Position numbers and translations under genes: made by a program
Assembly: GCA_002633005.1 (NCBI GenBank)
Contig: NMRA01000323.1
Location: 268,817 to 332,816 of the forward strand
Length of the DNA stretch: 64,000 bases
Direction: 5' to 3'
Origin: Phoronis australis
Taxonomy: Eukaryota; Animalia; Phoronida
The notes under the pieces: generated by a model
Told to the model about the DNA's origin: nothing
Databases searched by the model: none
Seen by the model: the letters and a program-made list of their open reading frames with translations, nothing else
Shown here: one piece after another, positions 13,895 to 26,000 of the stretch
How positions within the stretch are numbered: the first letter of the stretch is position 1
Layout: each line of letters begins with the position of its first letter

Positions 13895-14650
13895 TCCCAC
13901 CTTCTGTTGGCGGCAAATGAATTGAATCTCTTGTTACTGAAACCATATCGGTGTAAATAGCCATCTGCTCATATTGTTTTATGATGTTAAATCGCTCAAA
14001 TGTGTTGGCATATATACGAATCACTCTTATCATGAAGGCTCTGCTCGTTGTTCATGTGTTTGCTTCCCACATGCAGGATGTTGGACATCGGGACATGTTA
14101 ACTGCTGTAACCATGTCGTTCAGCTTACCCATGGGCGTAAGCGCGTCGCATGGTTATCGCCTATGGGACGCTACCATTGTTTTCCTTTGTTGCGTCTTTG
14201 TTGGATACAACAATACAGATCGCACGGATATCGTACCTTGCGCGCCCATTAGCCGGCTACCGTTATCTTTATTATAAGAAAGAAAAACAAAGTGAATAGA
14301 TACGCCTATCTACCGATATCTACATGTATGCCACGAACTTGCGCCCTAGTTTCCCGTGGGTAGGAAATCCAGGGGTTGGGACCGATCGCCCCCGGAGCTC
14401 GATATTGTTTAGTTTGCTTAACAGTCAGTGTTTTGAAACGACACTGACCCAAAAGGTTTGTTTTTGACGAAATTATGAAATTAAGAATAAAATACCCCTC
14501 TTATCGCATGGCATCCTTATGAACATTTTTCTTGACCCCCTATGTTGCCATTATCCTAAATCCGCGACTGCGATGTTGTGATTGTTCAGTTACTGGAGCC
14601 ACTTGTTGTGGTTTCATAGCTGCACGTAAACCTGAGCTCAGGGTCTTTAC

Positions 14651-14791
14651 CAGGGGCGGATCCAGGATTTTGAGTCGGGGGGCAGGGTATTAGTTAAAAT
14701 TTTGCCTGTCGGACATTCGCACCCCGAACTGCCAAATGGAATCTGGGATAATTTTAGGCGGGGGGCATGCCCCCCTCTAAATCCGCCACTG
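14651..14791. mobile_element. MITE with 5-bp TSD (hAT5-like)
   Basis: CAGGGGCGGATCCAGG...AAATCCGCCACTG, TSD TTTAC. Confidence 0.8.
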
Positions 14792-16269
14792 TTTACACTC
14801 GGAATCGAACTCCAAATTATTTTTCACCCTTTTCGTTGCTACTTTCAGTTGTGAGAACACAAGATAAATGTCTATTATTCTGTGCCAGGGTATGTCATAA
14901 TTTTAGTCAATGTTCACCCTTAACTCCCCTGAAGTCGCGCTACAAACTCTTATAAAAACACGAGAATTTGAGTTCAGATTCAAAATCATAGCCTTAATGC
15001 CGCGGTTATGTGAGGTGCAAACTAAAATTAGACAGCCATCCACTTAAACCGTAGCGTACTTTTGACGCAGATCCTATCAACAAAATACAAGTTGGAGTGC
15101 TCGCGTCAATTCTCATGAAATAGACCCCGACAGTAATCGTACTGGGGTATCGAGTTGGACAATCTAAATACCAGCACGTTCAATGTTGTCTTTTCTGAGG
15201 CCGAAGTTAAGTTTCAGTGTTAACGCTTTTTACACGAAAATATGCTCCTTTCAATGTTCATGTATGGTGTTTTTTCTATGGATGTTCTGTGCCTGCCCAA
15301 ATCGTTCGTTTTTAAATCAGTTTTACGCTGTTTATACATCATACATTGAGATTTTAATAAATCGGTTTAATTTTCACTGAAACATGGAGAAGGGGCCGGA
15401 ATTCTTTTAATGGAAACATTATCTTTCACACTGTTTTGACAGATTGTTTATCACAAATAACAGTAGCCCCTACTATTGTTTAATTTTACTGTTCCAATCG
15501 TGGCATGTCATTGTTAGGTGTTGCAGCATACGTTAGGGCAAACAGAACTAACCAACCGAGGTCTCAGTAGCCCTAACCTATCAGACGAATTTCTGAAAAG
15601 GGCTAGTTCCAACACCAGTGTCGTTCCTCTTCGATTTGAGAATCCATCCTACCATTACATGTAAATCAGTCCTCTTAGCGTGTCCGTTTTATTCAACTTC
15701 TCTCGTTGCTCACAGAACCAAAAACTAGTCAAACTGAGGAATTTCTGAAAAGACCCACCAAGACCTCCAGATACAAACATTCAACACAACAGCCATTTTT
15801 ATGAAGTTTTAGGTCGATGTACATTTATAACATTATACTGCCGAGACGGGCAGAAAACCACAAGTCCTTCCGCTTGATTACTCTTAGCAATGTAATAAGA
15901 GTACCTGAAATTAAGAGGTTTGATTTCATTTTTCGTCCTTTTTGTGGACGAAAACAAAGCCCACATTTGTATTCCTCGTAAAAATTGAGCTTAAAGCCTT
16001 TTCTCCACAAAAATTGGCCAAGATTTGTGGGAGATAGCCGACTTGATTGTCTCAGTGGCACTGGTCAGACCTCCAGATCAGGAATAATAAGCATGTCCAA
16101 GTTTCCATTGAAATGATTACCTATAGTATGAGAAATGTTTTTATGTATTATGTTAAATCTATGATTACGAATACAAGTTATAAGGTAAATAATATTGTCG
16201 GTGGTGCAATCAGAGTAATGTTTTATTTCAGTTTTCATTGGTTTGGGAAAAACTGGAAAAAAGTGCTAT

Positions 16270-16650
16270 CCTATTCATAGATTTAACATAATACATAAAA
16301 ACATTTCTGATACTATAGGTAATCATTTCAATTCCAAAAACCATAATATTCAAGATCTTTCTGTACAAATAATAGAAAAACTCCAACACCCCAGTACCCT
16401 CACAGACTCAAAAGAGAACAATATTGGATAGACAAGCTCAATACAATAGAACCTCATGGATTGAACATAAAAACTTCTTAAAATATGTCATTGAATTTTT
16501 TACACAAAAATGTATCATATTCATTACACCATATCTTATATGTCAATTGTCATATAGTGTTTGATTTTACTTTATTTCTGTTTCTGTTGACAAAGGAAGT
16601 TATTACATCCGAAAATTTCAGTTGATCCATTCTTGTTGTTTTATTTACCT
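16270..16650 (+). mobile_element. Penelope-like retroelement 3' remnant (C-terminus of the GIY-YIG endonuclease)
   Basis: HRFNI...IGNHFNSKNHNIQDLSVQIIEKL...E, a frameshift, then WIDKLNTIEPHGLN. This matches the Penelope-type H-F-N...E..WI..L.T..P.GLN terminus. Confidence 0.75.
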
Positions 16651-16770
16651 ATTTATTATGAGTTTTTAGGAATTGCTTATTCTTTAAACTAAACCACAAG
16701 TCTTAAACGGCAAACCGGTTAAAGGGAAAAGAAGTAGCATCTGGGCACAATACAGATTCACATGGACTAA

Positions 16771-19700
16771 TCAATCCCTCACAAACTCCATCAGTTTCGT
16801 CCTCAGACAATCAAAAGAAATACTGCCCATGTCATCAGCTTTTACAAACACACTCCCTTCAGTCTGATAGGGCATACAGTCTTCCAACAGGTCAAGGAGC
16901 ACTGTGACATTGAATGAGTCTGGCATTAACTTTATTATCTCCTGGCTGTAGCGACCAAACACACCATTCTGAAAAACAAGAGAGGGCCAATTAGCAATCA
17001 GACATTATTTATTGAAATCATAATTTTACACCAGCATTTTCAAGCTGCATAATGAAAAACTACCACAGTAATAATTGCACTTTTTTGCAAAAATAAAATA
17101 CATTTTCTTGCTTTGTCCACTTGCCTGTGAGTGACATGGTGCCTATATGTTAATCCAAATGAGTAAAACAAAAACATAACTTTAAGAGCATGAGGGTGAG
17201 AGCTGAGTGATCCATGGCAGTCTATGTCCACATGACTTTGAAAATAAGGTAAAAAATGTAAAACTGAAAATGCAAAATTTCCAGGTATTACTGCACGGAC
17301 CTAATATGTCTAAATACAGTAACTTAATATTCAGTCAGAGAGAGGGAGAGGGGGAGGGAGCATTGTGACCTTGACATGACATTATGTGACAATGCCACGA
17401 CCTTGAATGACCTTTTTTTAACCTTTACACATGAGCCTTTTGTCGCCTCACCTTCACTGTGGAGGTTACCAGTATGTGGAACAATTCATTAGTCAATCCG
17501 TCCGCACGAGACATGTGACTCAAAAGACCTAGTCCTGCCTCCCAGTGGCCGTGGTCATGAAGCAGTTGTAATGCCACCACACAGCTGTCAGCATCACCTC
17601 TAAAACAGATAAGACATCATTTTTTAAAAAGATCATACAACGGCAATTGTTTTTTAAATCTTAAACCTGCAGGGAAATGTAGATCACAAACATGTGACCA
17701 ACAAGTGGCATGCTGACCAGACTTAAAAATATGCCTTACACAACACAGCTCACTTTTTCAAAATGATCTGTGCCTTACACTACACAACCGTTTCAAAATA
17801 TGAGTACTCACAGGACTACTCACTTTTTTAAAATGAGTTGTGCCTTACACAACACTGCCGCTTCAAGAGAAGACGACTCACAAGGGGAGGGCAGACAGCT
17901 TAGGGCTCGCTCGTATAAAGCACTCTGGAACAGGAGATGGTTACAAAATTTTCAAACAAACAAAATATTATTCAAACACATGTACAGAAATCAACACAAA
18001 AATTTTCACCAACATTGAAGTCTAACAGAACTAAATTAAGTCTAATCTTGGAATTTTGCACCAGACGTCGCCATTGGAAGACATCGGCAATGGCAATGTC
18101 ACCCGCTTTGTCAGAGAGCTTGTGAACTTAAGGGAAAAAACAAGTTTCTGCACACTGATACCTATCCACTATATGATGAGACCGTTCACTATTTAATTTC
18201 CTACAGTGACCAATGACTGAAACGTTACAGTGACATCTCTGTTATGAAAATGTCACATTCAGTAGTAGCAAAGGGGAGTGTGACATCACCACACTAAGAT
18301 AGCCCAGGAAAGTCCGCCATCTTGGTCGCAACCCTTACCACTTCTCTATAGGAAATTACATAAGGTTGACAGTTGTAACCAATTCGTCTCGTCTCAGAAA
18401 AAAAAATGTGGTCCATATGCTTTTATGTTTGGTTCACGAATGATCAGGCATGAGCTTCCGATTTTAAAAGTTATTTTTTGTTGAAATTTGCCATATTGAG
18501 CAAATTTGTTAGCGCAGGTGTTTAGGCCACTGTCACATTTTTTATCTCCAAGTTGAAGTACCGTAGTTGCCAGCAGTGAGACATAATCATTTGCTATGCC
18601 TATTCACTAACTTCTACGTATTTTGAAAAAGGAAAGAGGAATACGGAAACCAAAGGTTCAGTAGCAATTTCACGATTGGATTGCAACACTAGAAAAAGAT
18701 AACTTTCAGAAAAAATTCTCAGCCCTCAAAGAGCAGACCTCAACAAGTTTCCTCCTAGAGAAGGCAGACGTTCCACCTGTCTTTTCCCACATGTGTTCCG
18801 CAACTTTTAAGAACTTTACCTGAAAATAGCAGTGAGTATTAAACATAACGGTGGTACGTCTCTTTTAATAACAATAAAAAATAATTGCAGGCGGTCTGAT
18901 ACACGTTGTACCAGATGTGCGCAGGCCTCGCATGTGGGCCCATTGCACTGATCACCTGGAAATATTTTTATGCTTTATTAATATATCGTTAAAATCGAGC
19001 TGAGGAGCTAGAAACCTGGCTCAAGGGTTTAGCAGTGTGACCTAGTGGGACTCGAAACCACGACCTCGAGTAAAGAAAGCGGGCACTTATCAACCAGGCC
19101 ACACTGCCTCCTCATACATCTCTTTTCATTACACATGCATAATTTGTCTTTATATCATGATGCCAATAGCATGAAATAGAAAGGGAATTTGTGTGTACTA
19201 CTTTATGCAAGCATAATATTTTACGAGCGCTGCCCTCCAAAGTAACAGTTTGAACTCATTGGGAGGGTAACGGTGACAAAAAGATAAATTTACAAGAAAT
19301 AATGACATACCACCAGTTCTGGCTGTTGGGTGTACAGCAGACGTATCAACACTTCAAACAGTGAAAATGTTGACTGGAAATCACTGGACTCTCTGGCTAA
19401 TACTACTTGCCACTTGTCAGCCACTACAGCAGAGACATCTACAGGGGGAATGGGGAGAGATTATTTGGAGTGCTTGCAGCAATACAACAACATGTGCAAG
19501 ACTAGCATCATTCTTTGATACCACACCGATTTTTGTTCATACATGCAATGCATTACAAAGATGTGCCTGGTTACATCAACACATCATCACTGCCACAGGT
19601 TACAACGCCGCAGTCTTCTTTAAACCATTATCAAGCCTGATGTTAATAACGCCGACTCTCTTCACAGCCCAGTTTGTACATTCAAATCAACCTCATCGCA

Positions 19701-20032
19701 TTCTTATTCTTTTTTGAATTTGAGAAACTGATTACAATCAATCTCCAGAAATTCCTGATGGTCATACTGCCTTGGCAACAGAAACTAATGGGTGTCGCTT
19801 GAAAAAATAATGACCTGTTATTTTTTTCCAGCCTAGAAATCATTTCTAATTTTGATTTAGGAGAAAGACAAGACCAGTTATACCTTAAGTGGCCAAAATC
19901 AAAAGTTGTTTTTGACAGATGTGGGCTTATCGTTTAACACTACTCCAAATATTCAATTTCAAATGCAAGAATTCTTAAAGCGCCTAATAGAAAACCCCTT
20001 TACATAAATGAAAAACAAATAGATAATAGAAA

Positions 20033-20063
<31 letters not shown>

Positions 20064-23000
20064 TATCAAAAGAAGAGAAAAATATGATATATACTGGGTC
20101 AACAAAGTGAAGTAGTGTTAACGACTGACAGACCAGGAACCATGAAGTGGACTGGCACAGCTCTGGGGTCTTGGAAAGATAGGACTGTCTTACTAGTGAT
20201 TTGTTCTAAGAAAGTTACCTTTGGAGTCAAACTGCAAGTAGTCCAGCAGACATTCAAGGACTTGACTCGGGAATTCTTTGGAGAGCACCTCCAGACGAGC
20301 AGCGTTGCTGGCATGGTCTGATGATGGTCTTAAACGCATGATGTCTGACACCTCTTCTTTTACATTGTGGGGGTCAATTGGTGGTAGACTCTTTTGAACA
20401 AGAAACATATTTAACAGCATACAACACTAAACAAGGACAAGAAAACTGTTCCCAAGCTACATGGCTAACATAAGTGCTGCTGCCATGCATTTTGAAGGCC
20501 AGAAATATTTCAGAAAAAAATCTACACGAGATTAATTCTACAAGCGGTTGTGTCCCCAAAGGATTCATGGATACCGTACAGTTACGTTGCCCATAGTGGC
20601 AGACACTGACACTACACAGTCAGTGCAGTATAACGCATGTGGAAACATGATCAATTTCAAGATGTTGCTAACACTCAGAATTTCCATTGAATCATCAAAT
20701 CTCGTAGTCCATGAACAATTTTTCCTATAAGTATTAATCCAGCAAAATTTGGTGGAGCTTAGAATCTCGGCAAATCCGTGTTCCAATGTAAACTTTTTAC
20801 CTAGTGAAACTTAATTGCTAGATAAATACACAACATTATGTCCACCAACTTCCACGTCGGAACAGCACTATAATAGTGCAACAGATAGTGAGCATTTTTT
20901 TGGAATCTGTGTAGCCTTAAAACAAAATTATTCACAAAACACTTCCTACAAAATTCTATGAAACGGTAATTGCTTCACAACTGAGATCTTCATATTATTT
21001 GAGACTTGTTGCGCTAAATCTTACTGAAATTTCCTGTAACTGCATCGTGGTGCTTAACATTTGTGTAAGTTATAAGCAAATTTTCTGCAATTATGAGAGG
21101 ACTCTTGAAATCTCTAGAATCGGTAGAAGCCAGTGTTGTCTTCAGTTACTGCACTTGTATTAACAACTTGATGAAGCCATGTAAATTCCAGTTCACTAAC
21201 CTCTGAATGCTGTACCACGTTTGCAACGTCCCTCTGAATGCTCCAGAAGTTGTTGACGTGGTGCGCCACCTGGGCATTCATTCCTGAACTAAACTGGTTA
21301 CACTTGTCAAGGCAACTGGACTGGATGCAGCTGGAGAGTTCCTTGGTGTCTTTACTCTGAAATGCAAAACTAACTTTTACATACAGTTTATGTAACTCTG
21401 AATAAAAAGGCTCACAGGAAATGGGCTACCAACCAATGGGTCATCAACATGCATTTGGTGCATTTTCATTTGAGTTTTTTGACAAAAGGCATTTTGTACT
21501 ATGTAATGCACTTGTAATAAGCTGAAAGGAGAAAGCAGTGAATTCCGATCAAAAAATTTTGAACTGATTTTTGTATCCGTCATTTCTAAATAGCTGCAGT
21601 TATATTTATACCTTCTGTCTACAAACGAGGCTATACTGCCATTCATTAGCACAAGTTGATGTACTGTATCCAGGGACATTAGCTAGTTAGGGGCACAGTA
21701 TCGAGAGGAGCGCAGTTGGCATGCAGCTCTACTTGGTCTTTTGCTCGGAATTGACAATGGTTTGCATGCAGGTTTGAGTCTATTGATAATCATTGGGTTG
21801 CATGCAGGTTTGACTTGATTGATAATCATATGGTTGCATGCTGGTTTGACTCCACTGATAAATCATTGAATTCGTGCCACTTGCCAGCTCTGACTATTGA
21901 ACGATTTCGCTCTCCCTTACCTTAACCATAACTGGCAAAATGAGTCCTGGACTTTCTGTCATACTGAGCGACTTTAAATCTTCTATTGATAGGTCCGGTG
22001 TAACATTTTGCTGTAAAAGATAATTTTTACAACAATTGTGACTAAAATCTCATTCCGAGTCAGAATAAAAATTGAATCAATTCTTAACAATCCCCAGTGA
22101 AGATCTCAACATCAAGTTACAGATAGTCAGCACTTGCAAAGACCAACAAACTATTTCTTTCTTTGGAAATTATCCACAAATTCGTATGGAACAAGAACCT
22201 AGATAGAAATTTTTAATGAAATGGCTGGAGGCATGTGGCAACGGGCAACTTTGGCCAAAAACGTGTTTGGAATGCGTTACCACCCATGAGGATCTACCAG
22301 ATAACTCAGAGTGCAGCAAATGTCCCCAACATTTATTCTATTCCTAGTACAACTCGGCAGCAGTGCCCTCTGGTGCAGAGTTCATTGAAAACGACACCAC
22401 AATGATTACTGGACAACTTGTTCCTGTGAATAATTTTTAATGTCATGACCTTTGCTATGATGTCTCACTACCCACTGAGGTCTGTTTTTTCTTGCCTTAA
22501 ATGAATGTAGTATATATTCGAAACAGTGGGGTTTAACATAATTTTTAAAACAATTTTCTATCATTTGTTCTTTTAACGACGTCGTTCGGGGAGCTACTAC
22601 ACAGAAGCAATTCGCACATGGTTGAGCATTTCTAGAAAATACAAAAAATGCTGGAAGCTGTTGTCCAATAATCATTAATCCATTCCCTGTAAATTTTACC
22701 AGTTGTGTCAAAATTATTGGGAACACAGTGTGAAAGCTACCTTGATGCAACAAGGTCTAGTTAAATAGTATTTCACAAGTTAGAGTGAAATAATCAAGGT
22801 ACAAGTCCTTCATTTTGTAAATCTATGAGCTTTCAGATAAAACTTGCTTCAAACCTTGAAATACTTTTGTGCCCTTTCCAGAAGTTCGTCTGGACTCTTA
22901 GTACTCAGTCGATTCATCTGAAAAATCAAGTATCTTCATGCAAATATAAAGTGGAAGTGACTTGTCAGCAAAGCGTCATTGAGAATGTCTTCGTTTGGGA

Positions 23001-26000
23001 AAGTGAAAATCAGAACAATATGGAAATTAAGAAAAGTCGTTTATGGTAACTGACAACCATTGTTGCCAAGGATTGAATTTCTAGAAAGTCTTTCTAAATA
23101 CAACTAATAAAAAAGTTCATAAAATTAGAACTTGATATTTTCAAAATATTATAAATGATGATTGCAAGAACTTATCATCTGCAAAAGTGCAATGTCCAGA
23201 CGTTTGAAATCACATGACCTTGTCTTTCCAAATATGTGATTTTTCACAATCTAGGCTGCTGCAATTTCCACAGACATCAAATTGGTGACAGGCAACTTGA
23301 AAGTTATGCTGCCTTATTCCACTAGGTAAAAACTGTCTTGGATTTTGTGCTAGCATTTTCAAGCTTGAAAATATGGTTCTCAAAATGGAGACTTAAATGA
23401 GCAATCCTTGAACGTCTTAAGTTTTGTTAGCCAAATTCTCGGACTAAATGGGGTTCACAGGAAATCACCATGACGCTTTCCACGGTAATGAAAGAAAATA
23501 GGAATTAATTACAAATTCAAAGTAAGTTTTAGGCAAACAACTTCTTATCTGTGGAAGTTATGGCAATCTCCATGAAAAATCATAATTTTTTAGAAGAAAT
23601 CTGATCATGTGATTACAAACATCAAGGCATTACTTTAGGGCATAAACTTTTCTGATTATGAAGTTCATGGAATTACGTATACAAATTACACCTGAGTTGA
23701 CAAACACCTGAGGGCACTATGAAGGCTGTTGTCTGCATAGTGTCCCAGTGTTCATGTAGCAACAATTAGAATTTTGACCACTGGAATCAGAGATTGTCAG
23801 TTACCTTGATTCAAGTAAAAGCATATCTTAAACGGTAACACCAGTAAATTTGGTTCCCACAGTATGTTAAGAGCATCGCTCTGAGTCCACTAGTGCCATA
23901 AATTGCCAAATGTAACGAACTGTTAGGTGTATTGGCTCGCTTTTGTCTACGTCACCGCGAGAATCACCTTTTTATTCAAACAGCTAGGGATAACACCCGC
24001 AAGCAATGTTGTCCTATTCATACCCCTATTCAATACAACTATTATCGGTCTTTTGTAGTTTTGCCTGGGATCTCGCAGTGACGCAATATGGCACGAAAAG
24101 GCAGCTTCACCTATCATTTGACAGGCCTACATTTGCGTGATTGAATCCGTGTTTTCTTATTTGGCTAAAGATTTGCTAGGACTACCAGTTTAGCCCAAAA
24201 CATCTAAAATAACAAAATTCCGTTAAGTTAGGCTTTAAAGATTTAAAAATCTCTGCAGTTTCCAAGTACAAATATGTTAAATTCAGCCAAATTTTGCAGC
24301 CACCAAACTCTCTTAATGAAAGCTACTAACTGCACTAAACACGAAAAATTAAGAAACCTGTAGTACATCATACATGTACATAAGGGGAAAGGGACAGCAT
24401 GCACAACACACCTGGAATTGATAGACACCAGAGGGCGCTATGAAGCCTGTTGTCTGCACGGTGTCCCAGTGTGTCCATACGCATATAAGATCACCATATG
24501 ATGTGATGTCAATATCTTGCACATGTCTACCAGTCATTTTATCAAACAACCTGTAAAGAGATGGATGATGTATATTTGTCAGTACTGCAACACTTGTTAG
24601 CTTTTCAGAAGACATTTTTCTCTACAAGAGCAACATAAAGCCTTGATAAAGTCCTACCAAGTGCATTGAGAACAGCAGAGACATAAAGAGGGACATTATT
24701 TCAAATCATTAGAAACTTAAAATTGTCATTACATAGTTTTATAGAAAAAGAGAGTGGCGCAAGAAATTTGCCACAAAGGGGCACAGAATTGATCTGATCT
24801 GGCAGGAAATATGCAAGTAGCATCCAATGAGAAATATTTTCTAAATTTCATGAAGATTTATCAAGAAACCTGCCAGATATTGAGGTAGATACAGAGAAAA
24901 CTAAAATTGCCACTAGGGTGCGCAGCAGTGCTCAGACATGTAAGGAATGACATCACCCATACGATCCTCAATTGGAACTTAAAAGTGCATAATTTTGTGT
25001 GATTCTCTGAGGGGGTTGGTAGGAAGAGGTAGACAGACTTGCCACTAGGGTAGCGCAACATAGGCTGGAATGGGCATGAGGCAACTGCGAGGAACACACT
25101 CACCAAATTTGAATTGGAAAATACAGAGTCGGACAAAAAATGCAAGTCGGATACATGTGAGAATTGAGATGTGCCATCCTCTATACAACAGAAACACGAA
25201 TGATGACGCATCGAGGGGTTCGAAAGATAGATGAGTGGATGCCAAACACACCTGTACAGAATCATGCATAATGTGAGCGTAAAAATAACCCTTGATCACG
25301 TGACACAATAGTAATACAGCACAAGACAAAAGTAATCGACAAACAAAATACCATTTACACATCATGATGGCTAATTCTGCAGAAACCACTGCTAATAACA
25401 TTTGTGACGGCAAAATTCTTATTTAAAAACGGCTTATTCACGTTCCTAACTTTCCCGTTAATTCCACTCCATTATCGGCCATGACGGAATGCTTATCTAA
25501 CAATGAATTCGGCTTCAGCCCAGCCATCATGACGAGGAATTCCGTGGCACTTTGTCAGAATTCTGTTGATCTGTGTACAATAGGTGAAACAACAGAAATA
25601 TTATTACATATCAAACTTCAGAAAGATAGTAAAATTTCTCTTATACAGTATCTTCATGTTTTCACTCTGAAAACACATGAAGTTCGTCGTGGCTAGGAAC
25701 TGGGGTCACAAAACTAATGGAATCGCTCAAGAGCACTCATAGCTAATCAGAAGTGAGGTTCTCACCTGAGTCTATTTTTGTCCCTGTTGATCAACCAATC
25801 ACTGTGAACTAGCCATTCACCATCCACGTCTGGGATATAGAGTTGATATGGAACTGTAATCGCTGTGTGCAATGTAACCGAAGCGTTTTTATTGTGTCTT
25901 ATGCGAACAAATGAAAAAACAACATTAAATTAATTATCATTTAAGGGTCATAACAGCAACTCTTAATCGGAATAAATAAATTTCTTATTGTTATTTCTGC

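Noticed and set aside
20565-20786. ORF that looked like an extra HPS6-like exon, with a GTATCC donor (possible U12 intron)
   Set aside because: Its phase is incompatible with the flanking exons, which already join in frame. GTATCCAT is not the U12 consensus GTATCCTT.
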